In this document: positions 52,225 through 62,511 of the stretch, piece after piece
Layout of the letters: each line of letters begins with the position of its first letter
How positions within the stretch are numbered: the stretch's first letter is position 1
Source: Candidatus Bathyarchaeota archaeon
GTDB lineage: Archaea > Thermoproteota > Bathyarchaeia > Bathyarchaeales > Bathycorpusculaceae
Direction: 5' to 3'
NCBI GenBank assembly: GCA_963717465.1
Contig: OY970340.1
Coordinates: forward strand, 1,248,001 to 1,312,000
Length of the DNA: 64,000 nt
Notes under the pieces: model-generated
What the model was told of the DNA's origin: nothing
Seen by the model: the letters and a program-made list of their open reading frames with translations, nothing else
The model's database searches: none
Program-made: the position numbers and the translations under genes

Positions 52225-52902
52225 ATGAAGTTCTGCGGCATCCAAAAAACCAGCTTAATAGATTACCCTTCCAAAGTAGCTAGTGTACTATTTACGCCAG
52301 GCTGCAACTTGCGGTGCCCGTTTTGCTACAACTGGCGAATAGCAGTCGACCCTCAACCGCCTTTCTTGCAGGAAGCAGTTGCATTAGAAATTCTTGAAAG
52401 CCGCAAGAAATATGTTGATGCTGTTGTGGTTACAGGCGGGGAGCCATGCATGAATAAAGATTTACCAAAGTTATTAGCGAAGCTTAAGGAGCGTGATTTT
52501 TTGGTTAAGCTCGACACAAACGGGTTCTATCCAGACGTGCTGGAAGAATGTTTAGGAACCGTAGATTACGTGGCAATGGATGTTAAGACAAGTGCTGATA
52601 AATACAAGCTGGTGGGTGCTAAGGACACGACTGGGTTCATGAAGAGCATTGAAATGCTGAAAACAGGCAAAGTACCATACGAGTTTCGAACCACGGTTGC
52701 TCCAGAAATTATAACCGCTCAAGACATCGTACGCATTGGCGAAATGGTAAAGGAAGCAAAAACATTCGCTCTACAACAGTTTATTCAAAAAGACACTTTG
52801 GAAAAAAGATTTGAAACACTCACGCCCTACACTCCAGAAACCATCAAAGAGTTCGCTGAAGTGCTGAAGAAATATTCAGAGCAAGTGATTTTACGCATTT
52901 AG
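52225..52902 (+). CDS. nrdG: RNR-activating radical SAM protein
   Basis: SLIDYP, GCNLRCPFCYN, TGGEP. Confidence 0.93.
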   Translation: MKFCGIQKTSLIDYPSKVASVLFTPGCNLRCPFCYNWRIAVDPQPPFLQEAVALEILESRKKYVDAVVVTGGEPCMNKDLPKLLAKLKERDFLVKLDTNGFYPDVLEECLGTVDYVAMDVKTSADKYKLVGAKDTTGFMKSIEMLKTGKVPYEFRTTVAPEIITAQDIVRIGEMVKEAKTFALQQFIQKDTLEKRFETLTPYTPETIKEFAEVLKKYSEQVILRI

Positions 52903-53109
52903 CAAAGTCGCAGGTCAGAGCTTGTCCTAAGCTATCTCGCAAAACTTATTTTGTCGATTCTTTTCTTTTTTTGAAGTTATTAATTTGAATATACTGAAAA
53001 TTTTACGGTTGACCATTTCCAAATCCTCAAGCATGGACTTTGCAATAACAAGGAAAGTCACTATCAATGATCGACTTGGCGGGTTTTTGGCTTCTTTCTG
53101 TTTGAATTA

Positions 53110-53961
53110 TTAGCTTCTCATTGCTCTCAAAGCTGCGACATTATTCAAAACGTTGGTTCTTCCATTTGTAGGTCGTAGTTCTAAAACCAAGTTTCGTAAC
53201 CTCGATTTGTCAATAGTTCCAAATACTCTATGAAAGTTGATATTGCCTTTACCCATTGGAAGATGCTGGTCCCCAAATTTACCGTCTTCTGTTCCTTGTA
53301 TGCCAAAGTTGTCGTGAACGTGCATGTGAACCATATAAGGTTGCAGTAGCGTTACAAAATCCAAAATGTCAAATCCATACAAGTTTGCAGCTAGATTGGC
53401 GTGGCCGACATCGAAGCAGAATTTTAGATTTTCTTCTCCTACAACTTCGATGACCGTGAGGACTTCATTGGGCAATATGCCTATTCTGCCATTTTTGTTT
53501 TCTCTGGCCAGGTTCTCGATTAACAATACAACCGAATACTCATAAGCTCGTTTTGTAAGCTTTTTAAGGTTAGCTAATATGTTTGAGCAAGATTTTTTGT
53601 AATCACTGCCAACCTTGTCCCCGTGCATAACTATGTACTTGGCGTTCAAGTGATTCGCTATTTTGAAGACGTTCTCCATGATTTGGTAGTTCCTCTTGCA
53701 TTTTACACCTAAATCAACTTTGTTTCCATTCCACGCAGTGGTTGTAGGTCCATGGATCGAGAATTCGTTTCCAAGGGAAGCTAGGTTTTCAAGCAATTTG
53801 AAATTGACCTCGCCATTTTTCAGAATTCCAGTTTCGTTTATGCCTATCTCTATTAGCTCTACTTCTTTTGCTAGGATGGGGCCATTAGAAATTTCTTTTA
53901 TCATTCTTGAATTAATTCCAACTTTTAGGTTAGAATTCAAGATACATTGAAGCTGTTGCAT
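53110..53961 (-). CDS. Sugar phosphate isomerase/epimerase (AP endonuclease 2 TIM barrel)
   Basis: LIEN, CFDVGHA, HMHVHDN, DQHLPMGKG. Confidence 0.85.
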   Translation of the reverse strand: MQQLQCILNSNLKVGINSRMIKEISNGPILAKEVELIEIGINETGILKNGEVNFKLLENLASLGNEFSIHGPTTTAWNGNKVDLGVKCKRNYQIMENVFKIANHLNAKYIVMHGDKVGSDYKKSCSNILANLKKLTKRAYEYSVVLLIENLARENKNGRIGILPNEVLTVIEVVGEENLKFCFDVGHANLAANLYGFDILDFVTLLQPYMVHMHVHDNFGIQGTEDGKFGDQHLPMGKGNINFHRVFGTIDKSRLRNLVLELRPTNGRTNVLNNVAALRAMRS

Positions 53962-54234
53962 TTATTTGACGCTCAATGTTAAAGTAATATTTAAATCTTA
54001 TAGAGATTTTCAAGATAAACTATAGTTAATTAAATTATCTAAATATAAACTAAATCATCTATATATTAAAAAGCATCAACAGCCCATGATACCATGAAAT
54101 AGTAGTATGATTTGTGGGAATTGAACCCAAAGTTTTCGCTAAAGGATCACAAGTAACGGAGTTTTTGTTATAGTTATTATGCTATCACACATTTAGAAAA
54201 ACCAAGCTTTTCTTTTATTATTAGAGGAAAAAAT

Positions 54235-54816
54235 ATGAAAATTGCAATTATAGGCAAAGGCAATGTCGGAAACTCGATTGCTTCTGGTTTAGCAAGAAGC
54301 GGTCATGAAGTAAAGTTTGGGACTCGAGATCCAAATGAACCAGTGGATAAGGCTGCAAAATGGGGCGAAGTGATAGTTCTCGCTGTCCCGCATGGAAATG
54401 CCAGCGAAGCTGTAGAAGCGATGGGCCAATTTGCTGATGAAAAAATCTTGGTCGATGTGACTAACGCTATCGGCCCGGATATGACTTATGCTGCAGGTTG
54501 CCCAAATTCAGCTTCTGAAGAAATACAGAAAATGTTGCCGAAAGCAAAAGTGGTTAAAGCATTTAACACTGTATTTGCTCAAAACCAAGGCGTCGGCAAA
54601 GTTGGCAACCAGCAATTAACCGCTTTTATCGCTGGGGATGATGCCAAAGCTAAAAGTACAGTTATGCAGTTGACAAAAGAGATAGGTTTTGATCCAGTCG
54701 ATTGTGGCCCATTAAAATCTGCTCGAAATCTTGAGTCAATGGCAATATTAATTATTAACTTGGCTTTTAAGCAAGGAATAGGCACACAAATGGGTTTTAG
54801 ACTTGTGAAAGCCTAA
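54235..54816 (+). CDS. NADP oxidoreductase, F420-dependent family
   Basis: IIGKGNVG, VLAVP, VDVTN, VVKAFNT. Confidence 0.88.
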   Translation: MKIAIIGKGNVGNSIASGLARSGHEVKFGTRDPNEPVDKAAKWGEVIVLAVPHGNASEAVEAMGQFADEKILVDVTNAIGPDMTYAAGCPNSASEEIQKMLPKAKVVKAFNTVFAQNQGVGKVGNQQLTAFIAGDDAKAKSTVMQLTKEIGFDPVDCGPLKSARNLESMAILIINLAFKQGIGTQMGFRLVKA

Positions 54817-54856
54817 GTCAACTTGGTTATAAAGAAAGGGAAAAAATTAGGTTGGG

Positions 54857-55378
54857 TTAAATTGTTGCCTTCATTAACAATGTGTAGTTAGCGTCATCTG
54901 TTTGCAATTTAGCTCCGATTCTAAGGATAGTGCTGCCTTGTGACCACGAATATGCATAGAATGCCTCAAGTTTCATGGTAATTGTTTGTCCATCCGCTGA
55001 TGTGCCTTGAGATTTCATTAAGACTATGTGTCTGCCAGTTAGTACTGCACCGTTCCCACTAGTCAAAGTGTAAGAAATGCCGTTAATCGTTAATGTTCCG
55101 CTCACGACGCTGAATATTTTTACTGTGCCATTAGTTGATGTCGGCTGAAGCGTCAGGGTTAAGTTTGCTGGATAGTACTTTATTGTGTCGTTATCGATGA
55201 CTTGGTAAGCGTTGCCGTAGGCTGTAATCGTTTTCATGTTTGAGGCTTGGTTGTCTGCAGTTACTTGGGCGCCTACGAGCGGTACAATTATCATCATGGC
55301 GACTGCTACGGCAGCTATTGTTATGATAGCTACCTTGCTTTTCTTGGTTAAATGGACCATTATTCTTTTCACCTCCAC
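54857..55378 (-). CDS. Secreted hypothetical beta-rich protein
   Basis: N-terminal signal/TM segment; Thr-rich. Confidence 0.65.
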   Translation of the reverse strand: MEVKRIMVHLTKKSKVAIITIAAVAVAMMIIVPLVGAQVTADNQASNMKTITAYGNAYQVIDNDTIKYYPANLTLTLQPTSTNGTVKIFSVVSGTLTINGISYTLTSGNGAVLTGRHIVLMKSQGTSADGQTITMKLEAFYAYSWSQGSTILRIGAKLQTDDANYTLLMKATI

Positions 55379-55455
55379 CTTGCTTGCAATGTAGCTTCTA
55401 AGGTGTGGTGTTTAAAAAGTAAGCCGCACTTTTGATGTTCACCTTAAGTGAACAG

Positions 55456-55806
55456 TTAAGCCTTGTCTGTATCCAGTTTTTCCTGCATTAATTCGTCTTC
55501 AACATGTTGCAGTAAGCCTATCCTACGCTCCCATTTGTTGAAGAAACGGTATTGAGAGTACGCGGCGTAAATGCTGTAGGCTAAAAAGATTCCTGCAATT
55601 ACTAATAATGTAAAATCTATTGGCCCTAATTCGAAACGCCTGAAACGCAGCAAAATTAAAACTACGACTATAAAGAGGGTTCCGGAAGATAGAAGCCCAA
55701 TTATGGAACCATTTCGGAATTTGCTCCATTCCTTATCCAATTCGAAGAGAAAATCATGTAATGAAGCAACTGGACCCTGATGTTTCTCCTCTGATTCTTT
55801 GGTCAT
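55456..55806 (-). CDS. Hypothetical 2-TM membrane protein
   Basis: Two hydrophobic helices. Confidence 0.7.
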   Translation of the reverse strand: MTKESEEKHQGPVASLHDFLFELDKEWSKFRNGSIIGLLSSGTLFIVVVLILLRFRRFELGPIDFTLLVIAGIFLAYSIYAAYSQYRFFNKWERRIGLLQHVEDELMQEKLDTDKA

Positions 55807-55871
55807 TTTTCATTTCCTTCTTCTTTAACCAATTATTCTTTTTTATACATGATGCATCTTAAGGTGAACTG

Positions 55872-56129
55872 TTACAGTATTGACGGAAGTGACTTGCGAA
55901 GTTCGATGTAAATTCTTCTTCCTTCTTCAGTCAAAAGGCAGCAGTTTTCAGTAGTTTCTTTTATTAATTTCTTGTCCTCTAGATACGTTAAGTGTTTTAG
56001 AAAATCGTCGTAGGAAAGATTTGTCGATTTTCTCCAGATTGCAGTTCTCAATTGTGGCTTTGGGCTGAAGAATAGATACTCCAGAATTTCAAATCGAATC
56101 TGGGCGGCGCTTTTTCTGGGTTTTCCCAT
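55872..56129 (-). CDS. Small archaeal winged-helix regulator
   Basis: RKSAAQIRFEILE..TAIWRKSTNLSY..LEDKKLI..LTEEGR. Confidence 0.8.
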   Translation of the reverse strand: MGKPRKSAAQIRFEILEYLFFSPKPQLRTAIWRKSTNLSYDDFLKHLTYLEDKKLIKETTENCCLLTEEGRRIYIELRKSLPSIL

Positions 56130-56334
56130 TTCTAAGGATGCACCAAGACAGTTGAGGCTAACTAGTTAGGCAAGTATATAAAATGGCATCCTCAATCTGT
56201 TGCTGTTTCCTACTATCTTAAGTCATCTTTGATGAGAGTGAGCAAATAAAAATGTATTGCTGGGTTGTGCAGTAGGGAAAAGTTTAAGGGACATGTTTGT
56301 TTTATGGTTTCGCGTAATCTTTGAGGTTTGTAGT

Positions 56335-56887
56335 TTGAGTCCTAAAATGCAATCAATCGAGGAACGCAAAGCGGAAGTCCTAATTAAACTTAAGAAAATA
56401 CAAGCTTATAAAAAAGGAGAAGTTTGAAGAAGCCCTCGCTTACATCATTGATATTCCACAGGATAAAGAGAAAGCTCTTGTCTGGTGTATTCCTGGGGAG
56501 GCAACCGTCGGTATTGCTGCTATGAATACGTTGTATAAGATAATGAAAGAAAAGGAAATTGAACGTGCCATAGTAGTTACGGAGGGACGATACACGCATG
56601 CTGTTAAACTTGTGGCAAAAAAGAAGAACGTGGAGTTGCTTCCAAAGTCGTTTCCAGTATTTGATATTTTCGAGCATGCGCTTGTGCCATTTCATGAGAT
56701 TTTGAGTGAAAAAGAAAAGAATGCGTTACTCGCGCAATTCAGGGTTCAACCGTATCAGATGCCTCAAATAAAATCAGCTGACCCCGCGGTCAAAGCAATA
56801 GGTGCTAAACCAGGCGATATTCTAAAAATAACCCGGAAAAGCGCAACAGCTGGAGAGCACGTTACCTTCAGGTACGTTGTAGAATAA
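56335..56887 (+). CDS. rpoH: RNA polymerase subunit Rpo5/H with an N-terminal RPB5-like extension (one frameshift near 56392)
   Basis: HALVPFHEIL, MPQIKSADP, GDILKITRKSATAG..RYVV; about 105 extra N-terminal residues; SD GAGGT before TTG 56335. Confidence 0.93.
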
Positions 56888-56901
56888 AAAAAAGATTTAT
56901 T

Positions 56902-57462
56902 TTATTTTGCAACAATAATTTCTGTTGATTTTATAATTGCTGTAACTTCATCGCCGACTTTTATATCTAAGTCTTCAACTGCTTCTTTAGTTATTACTGA
57001 CGTAATGGTAACTGGCATTTTTACTTCCACCTTAACTTTTGCTGTGATAACGCCTTTTTCAACAGATACTACTTTTCCTTTTAACTGATTTCTTGCACTT
57101 AACTTCAATTCTCTCACCTTCAAACTATTTGGCTCAGATAAGACTTTATTCAAGTACGTTTCTACTTGCCTAAACTCTGCGAGCAAACTTTTCCCAAGGT
57201 CAGTGAGGATTGCGCCGCCTCCGCCTGATTTGCCGCCTTTGTAGGTTTCAATGATCGGAGCTTCTACTGCATTTTGTATGTCTTGAAGGTAATTCCAAAC
57301 GTAACGGTATGACATCCCTAAGTTTTCTGCTGCTTTAGAAATGGATTTTTCTTTTTCTATTTGTTGAAGAATTTCTGCGCCGCCTTCGCCTATGACTGGA
57401 TTGCCTTTGTATTCAATCCAAATTTTGCAGGAGAGCTTGTGCTTCTTGTTTGCTAGCATCAA
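56902..57462 (-). CDS. modE: ModE-family molybdate/tungstate regulator with TOBE domain
   Basis: SISKAAENLGMSYRYVW, GGKSGGGAILT, SARNQLKGKV, IKSTEI. Confidence 0.9.
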   Translation of the reverse strand: MMLANKKHKLSCKIWIEYKGNPVIGEGGAEILQQIEKEKSISKAAENLGMSYRYVWNYLQDIQNAVEAPIIETYKGGKSGGGGAILTDLGKSLLAEFRQVETYLNKVLSEPNSLKVRELKLSARNQLKGKVVSVEKGVITAKVKVEVKMPVTITSVITKEAVEDLDIKVGDEVTAIIKSTEIIVAK

Positions 57463-57609
57463 ATTAAGCTATGCATTCAATTAGATATAAATGTGATTCA
57501 TGAACAGCCGTTTTTAAAGCGAAACTCTTGATTAAAAAATTAAAAGTGAGAAAAAAATTGTAGGCAAAAAACCGTTTTTTTGGAAAAAATAGTGTGTCGT
57601 TTTATGAGG

Positions 57610-58426
57610 TTAGCTTTTCAATGCGGCGATGATGCCACCGTCGACGAGTATTTCAACTCCAGTAACGTAGGATGCTTTTTCGCTGAGCAAGAAGTCCACA
57701 ACATTAGCAATTTCTTCGGGTCTGCCTGGTCGATGCTGAATTGCCAAGTCAATCATGGGCTCTGTCGTATCAGCGGAAGCTTGGCGTTCAAGTTTAAGCA
57801 TAGATGTATCTATCAATCCTGGCGAAAGTGAAACGATCCTAGCTTCTTGTGCGCCCCAAGAAGCAGCTTTCTTTGCACATAAGCGGATTACCCCATGTTT
57901 GCCTAAACAATAAGCTGTATTTGACTTGTCTTTTTCATCTCCAGACAATAGTGGCTCCATCTTCTCAAAGAAGTCTGGGTCTAATGGCTGATCCATTACA
58001 GCGTCTATCTCTGGCGTGCTATCCATCATGTAGGCAGAGTTTGAGCCGAAACACACGGCGGCAGTTCCGTTTCCAGCCAAAGGCAGGAGGGCTTCGAGCA
58101 AACGAGCTGTGCCGATCAAGTTAACATTAAAGATGCGTTTCCAATCTGCCATGCTCGGTGAAAGTCCAGCAGTATGTACGATGCCAGCAAACCTTCCTAG
58201 TGATGCAATGGTTTTTGCCAAAGTCTCAGCATCCTGCTCTTTAGAGACGTCGCAGACTAGTGTTTCAACGTCGAAGCCTTCTGAGCGAAGCTGTGTAGCA
58301 GCTTTTTCAATCGGTCTGCACTAATATCGACTAAAGTAATGTTCCTCTTTTTCCCAGAAGTCGCGCGCAAGCGACGCCCATTCCGCCGCCTCCGCCCGTA
58401 ACTATATATATGTCAGATTTTCCCAT
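57610..58426 (-). CDS. SDR oxidoreductase (frameshifts near 58310-58340)
   Basis: MGKSDIYIVTGGGGGMG, VHTAGLSP, YCLGK, SPGLIDT, VDGG. Confidence 0.85.
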
Positions 58427-58853
58427 TTTCAACACTTTCCAAGTCTCAATACTTTTTCGTTGTATTTGAAATTATTTCGGATTTGTATAACATAATGCTG
58501 GCAAGTCGTATATGAGAATTGCTATTAATCTATTGCAACATTGTTCCATGAACCAAAGCATAAATGAATAAACATTCTAGGAAATCAACATTATTTGAAA
58601 CATGTTAAAATATTATCTATTGATTCATTTTTAAAGAATTTATGCTTGCACGTTGACTTTCCATCAATATACAACATCAAAAGCAAAATAGACTTTAACA
58701 GAGGTTAATTCAAAATTCTGAATGACTGTTTACGAATTTTGGAGCTTAATTCAGCATTTTCAAACAGCTTTTTTGTAAAGCAACTTCAATTGGTTTTGGA
58801 GCAAAACAAATCCTATTATTTTTCAAAGGTATCTAATCAAACATGCAATAGCC

Positions 58854-59087
58854 TTAAACTTTGCCTTTGCGCTCTTCAGCTAATTCGCTTAAAATTACAA
58901 GCGCCTCTCCAAAAGGCATATTTAACCTAGAAGCCAACTCGTTTGGAGAAATATCGGCGGCTGAAGGGATAATGCTGTCTCTTGTGTAAGCCTTATGCGT
59001 CGGGTACATAACTAAGGAGTGAACTGTTTCAACAAGCAGTTGCCAAAGCTTTTCCTTAGTATACTCGTCCAAACTCATAGTCATCAA
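58854..59087 (-). CDS. Small hypothetical protein with an HTH-like end
   Basis: ISPNELASRLNMPFGEALVIL. Confidence 0.6.
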   Translation of the reverse strand: MMTMSLDEYTKEKLWQLLVETVHSLVMYPTHKAYTRDSIIPSAADISPNELASRLNMPFGEALVILSELAEERKGKV

Positions 59088-59162
59088 CGATGAATGCGCT
59101 CTATAAGTTATTAGTCTACCGCAACACCATCAGAAATTATTCAACAATGTTAATACTAACCG

Positions 59163-60167
59163 ATGCAATTTCAATTATTTTTGAGGATGCTCTTTTTGAA
59201 AGCCGCTGTCTACCATGGTCCACATAAAATTAAAATTGATGAAGTTGAAGAACCAAAAATTTTAGGCACAAAGGTCCTTGTAAAATTTAAGGCTGGAGGC
59301 ATTTGCGGGACTGACATGCACTTTTACAGGGGCGACTGGAAAATCAAAAAAGGAAGAATAATCGGGCACGACGCATGCGGAGTGCGGGAAGATACTGGCG
59401 AACGCGTAGTTATGGTTCCGGTTTTAAATTGTGGTCACTGCTACTTTTGTTTAAGAGGCTTGCCAGCAAGCTGCGTGCATGGAAAGTTTTATGGGATAAC
59501 GAGTGATGGATTTTTCGCAGATAGTAAAGCGTTAAGCCCGAGGAGCCTAATTCCTATACCAGCGAACGTTGACGATGAGGAAGCCGCGGTTGTGGAACCA
59601 GTAGCGTTGGCGCTTCGTACGCTAGATTATCTCAAGCCAAACGTGGCTGATTGGGTAACCATTATTGGTCTAGGGCCAATAGGCTTGTTGATGACGCAGA
59701 TTGCTCATCTTAAGAGTTGCAAAGTCATAGCTATTGATTTGAAAGATGACCGGCTGGAACTTGCCCAAAAGTTTGGTGCAGACGCAGTTATTAACGCGCA
59801 AAAAGAAGACACAATTGAAACAGTAAGGATGCTAACAAAGAAAGGATCCGACATCGTGATTGAATCAGCTGGGACAGTCAAAACCGTGGAGCAGACGCCA
59901 TTCATAGTGAGGAAAGCTGGAAAGGTTGCTTTAGTAGGCGAATCTGAGGGCTATTTGAACCTTGGCAATGCAAGGGAAGCATTGTTTTTCACAATTTATA
60001 TTTCGCCTGTAGAGTACCCGTTGGCGGTTGAGTTAATCGCTAAAAAAGAAGTGGACGTAAAGAGCTTGATATCTCACAGGTTCAAGTTGGACAATTTCGA
60101 AAATGCACTGCAAACAATCGAGTCTCAGGTTCAAAAACCGTTGAAAGTAATTATAACCGATAAGTGA
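59163..60167 (+). CDS. Zinc-dependent alcohol dehydrogenase (MDR family)
   Basis: GICGTD, GHD, CGHCYFC..C, GLGPIG. Confidence 0.9.
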   Translation: MQFQLFLRMLFLKAAVYHGPHKIKIDEVEEPKILGTKVLVKFKAGGICGTDMHFYRGDWKIKKGRIIGHDACGVREDTGERVVMVPVLNCGHCYFCLRGLPASCVHGKFYGITSDGFFADSKALSPRSLIPIPANVDDEEAAVVEPVALALRTLDYLKPNVADWVTIIGLGPIGLLMTQIAHLKSCKVIAIDLKDDRLELAQKFGADAVINAQKEDTIETVRMLTKKGSDIVIESAGTVKTVEQTPFIVRKAGKVALVGESEGYLNLGNAREALFFTIYISPVEYPLAVELIAKKEVDVKSLISHRFKLDNFENALQTIESQVQKPLKVIITDK

Positions 60168-60374
60168 ATATGCAAGCTCCCAATTCGTTAGGTTTTAGAA
60201 AAGTGAAAAAGTGGATTCTGCAGTCTATTAAGACTAAGATGAAGTTGCCCGAATTACACTCGGCACTCGGATACCTGTCTTCTACTAAAAACTTTTCATA
60301 ACTATATTTCGACGTTTGAACGTTTGGAACCATTTGGCATTTTCAACGGATTTATGGGTGGAACACAACTAAAT

Positions 60375-61052
60375 CTAGTTTAACTGTTGCTTAGAAGTGC
60401 CGTCACCAAAAGTGATAGTAAAGTTAAATGAATTTTTCGTGTTCATAGCCGCTTGAATATTATAAATTCTTTGTTCTATAGTTGGATGGGTGTGAGGCAT
60501 CAATTTAGAAAGCCAACTTGTTTTTTGTGGACGAAGCCTCGCCAGGGCAGATATCATGGCAGCCCCATTAACGAACTCGATGGCACTAAGGTCAGATTCA
60601 GCTTCTTGTTTCCTAAACCATTTAGCGTTAACATAATACGAACCAAACAAAAAGAAAAGGAAAGACAAAACCACTGCCGATGCAATGAGCAGAAATGAGG
60701 CAGAGTTAATAAAAAACAGGTAACCTATCACAACAGCAAGCACTGCAGCTGGAAGAACCGTTCGAGGTAACCTTTTTGCAATATGCTTTTTTGCTATGTG
60801 ATTAAATTCGTGGGCGCCAATAGCAAGAACCTCATCAGACGAAAGCATTTGGTAGTAATTGGAGTTAAAGACAAGCGCGTCAGAGTAGGCTAAGCAAGGA
60901 ATGGGAAGAATACTCGATTTATAATAGCGATGGAACCTATCTTTTTTAAGGATTGAAGTTGCTTTCATACTCTCTGCTAGTGTATCAAGTGCTTGCATTT
61001 CAAATGGTTGCGCTCCAAGCAGCCGAACCATAATGGAGCTTATTAATCCCAT
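60375..61052 (-). CDS. M48-family zinc metalloprotease
   Basis: AHEFNH, QEAESD, THPTIEQR, TM helices. Confidence 0.85.
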   Translation of the reverse strand: MGLISSIMVRLLGAQPFEMQALDTLAESMKATSILKKDRFHRYYKSSILPIPCLAYSDALVFNSNYYQMLSSDEVLAIGAHEFNHIAKKHIAKRLPRTVLPAAVLAVVIGYLFFINSASFLLIASAVVLSFLFFLFGSYYVNAKWFRKQEAESDLSAIEFVNGAAMISALARLRPQKTSWLSKLMPHTHPTIEQRIYNIQAAMNTKNSFNFTITFGDGTSKQQLN

Positions 61053-61562
61053 TTTCTATCATCCAAACGATTGATGGTTAATATAAAGGGGCTTGACTTT
61101 TAAGAGCGTGCGTGTGTTGCAACCTTGTCTGTGCTTATAAATATGGTTAAACGATACTGTGTCTTTGTGGTATTTTTGAAAGTATTTTAGTCTTCTAAAT
61201 GCCCGGGTTGCGACCCGTTTCCTAGGTTATGTGCACGTATTTTTGTTCATTAACGATATAGTTCCATTAATTTAGCTTAGCTTCAAGGATATGATAGCTT
61301 TTTGAGGGCAAACACTGACGCATTTCCGACAGCCTAGCATGCTTTGCCTCAATTCTAAAAAGCTTCTGAATAAAACTTGCAGATTCTCAGGTTAGCCAGC
61401 GTTAGCCGCATTCTGACATAGTTTGCACTATTTTGGCGCAATACACCATCTTTTCTCTTTTTTTGATGACCTCTTTTGAATGTACTGTCAGTACGTATCG
61501 GCGGTGAGAAAGAGGTATAGTTCTGGAAATCCGAGAGTTGGGTCCATAGGAAGTATGTTAAA

Positions 61563-62498
61563 ATGAAGTCCGTAGAGGTTAAGTGTCTAAGAAAATATTA
61601 TGGCAGCATAAAAGCGGTGGATGGGCTTTCATTCACCGTCAACGACGGCGAAGTGTTCGGGCTTTTAGGACCCAACGGTGCCGGCAAAACAACAACCATA
61701 GAAATATTGGAGGGCTTGCGGAAAAGCGATAGCGGAGACATTAGAGTGCTGGGGCTTAACCCTTGGCGGGACGGCGCTGAACTCCACAAAAGAATCGGCG
61801 TTATCCCGCAGCATTTCACCTTCTTAGAAAAAACCACACCATACGATGCAGTCAAATACTACGCCAAGATCTTCGATGAGGACGTGAAAGTCGACCAGCT
61901 TCTTAGAGAAGTGCTGCTTGAAGAATCAGCCAACAACAACTTCGAAAACTTATCTGGCGGGCAAAGACAAAAACTTGGACTTGCGCTTTCCCTGGTGAAT
62001 TCTCCTGAGTTATTGTTTCTTGATGAGCCCACAACTGGTCTTGATCCAAGCGCTAGAAGAGCCATCTGGGATGTCATACGTAAGTTGAAAGCTGTAGGCA
62101 AAACAGTAATTTTGACTACGCATTACCTTGAGGAGGCGCAGCAACTCTCGGACCAAGTTGCTATTGTTAACCGTGGGCGCATCATAGCCATGGGAACAGC
62201 AGACCAAATCATACAGCAGTATGGTTCAGGCGAAAGACTTGAAATTCAAGGCACTGAGGAACTGGCAAACTACATTAAAGCAAACACAAAACTGGACGTT
62301 GAATACAACTGCAAAGGTTTGATTACCATACAACTTCGAGACAAGAATGATGCCTTCAAAGCTTTATTCGCTGTTGAAGAGTCCAAGTTAAATTGGAGTG
62401 ACCTTCAGACACGCCGTGATAGCCTTGAAGACGTGTTCGTGAAGCTATGCAGCGAGCAACCTGCCAATTTGGAAGATAAAAGCGTGAGCCAACTATAG
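61563..62498 (+). CDS. ABC-2 transporter ATP-binding protein
   Basis: GPNGAGKTT, LSGGQ, FLDEPTTGLD. Confidence 0.93.
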   Translation: MKSVEVKCLRKYYGSIKAVDGLSFTVNDGEVFGLLGPNGAGKTTTIEILEGLRKSDSGDIRVLGLNPWRDGAELHKRIGVIPQHFTFLEKTTPYDAVKYYAKIFDEDVKVDQLLREVLLEESANNNFENLSGGQRQKLGLALSLVNSPELLFLDEPTTGLDPSARRAIWDVIRKLKAVGKTVILTTHYLEEAQQLSDQVAIVNRGRIIAMGTADQIIQQYGSGERLEIQGTEELANYIKANTKLDVEYNCKGLITIQLRDKNDAFKALFAVEESKLNWSDLQTRRDSLEDVFVKLCSEQPANLEDKSVSQL

Positions 62499-62511
62499 GG
62501 AGGCAAGCAGT

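Noticed and set aside
54031..54070. 20-bp tandem repeat
   Set aside because: 16/20 identity in very AT-rich sequence; may be chance
7339..58426. Widespread frameshifts as real pseudogenisation or programmed frameshifting
   Set aside because: They hit essential and unrelated genes (rpo5, nrdD, sufC, trpB) as isolated single-base indels with otherwise intact sequence and no shared slippery motif; sequencing error is the simplest explanation
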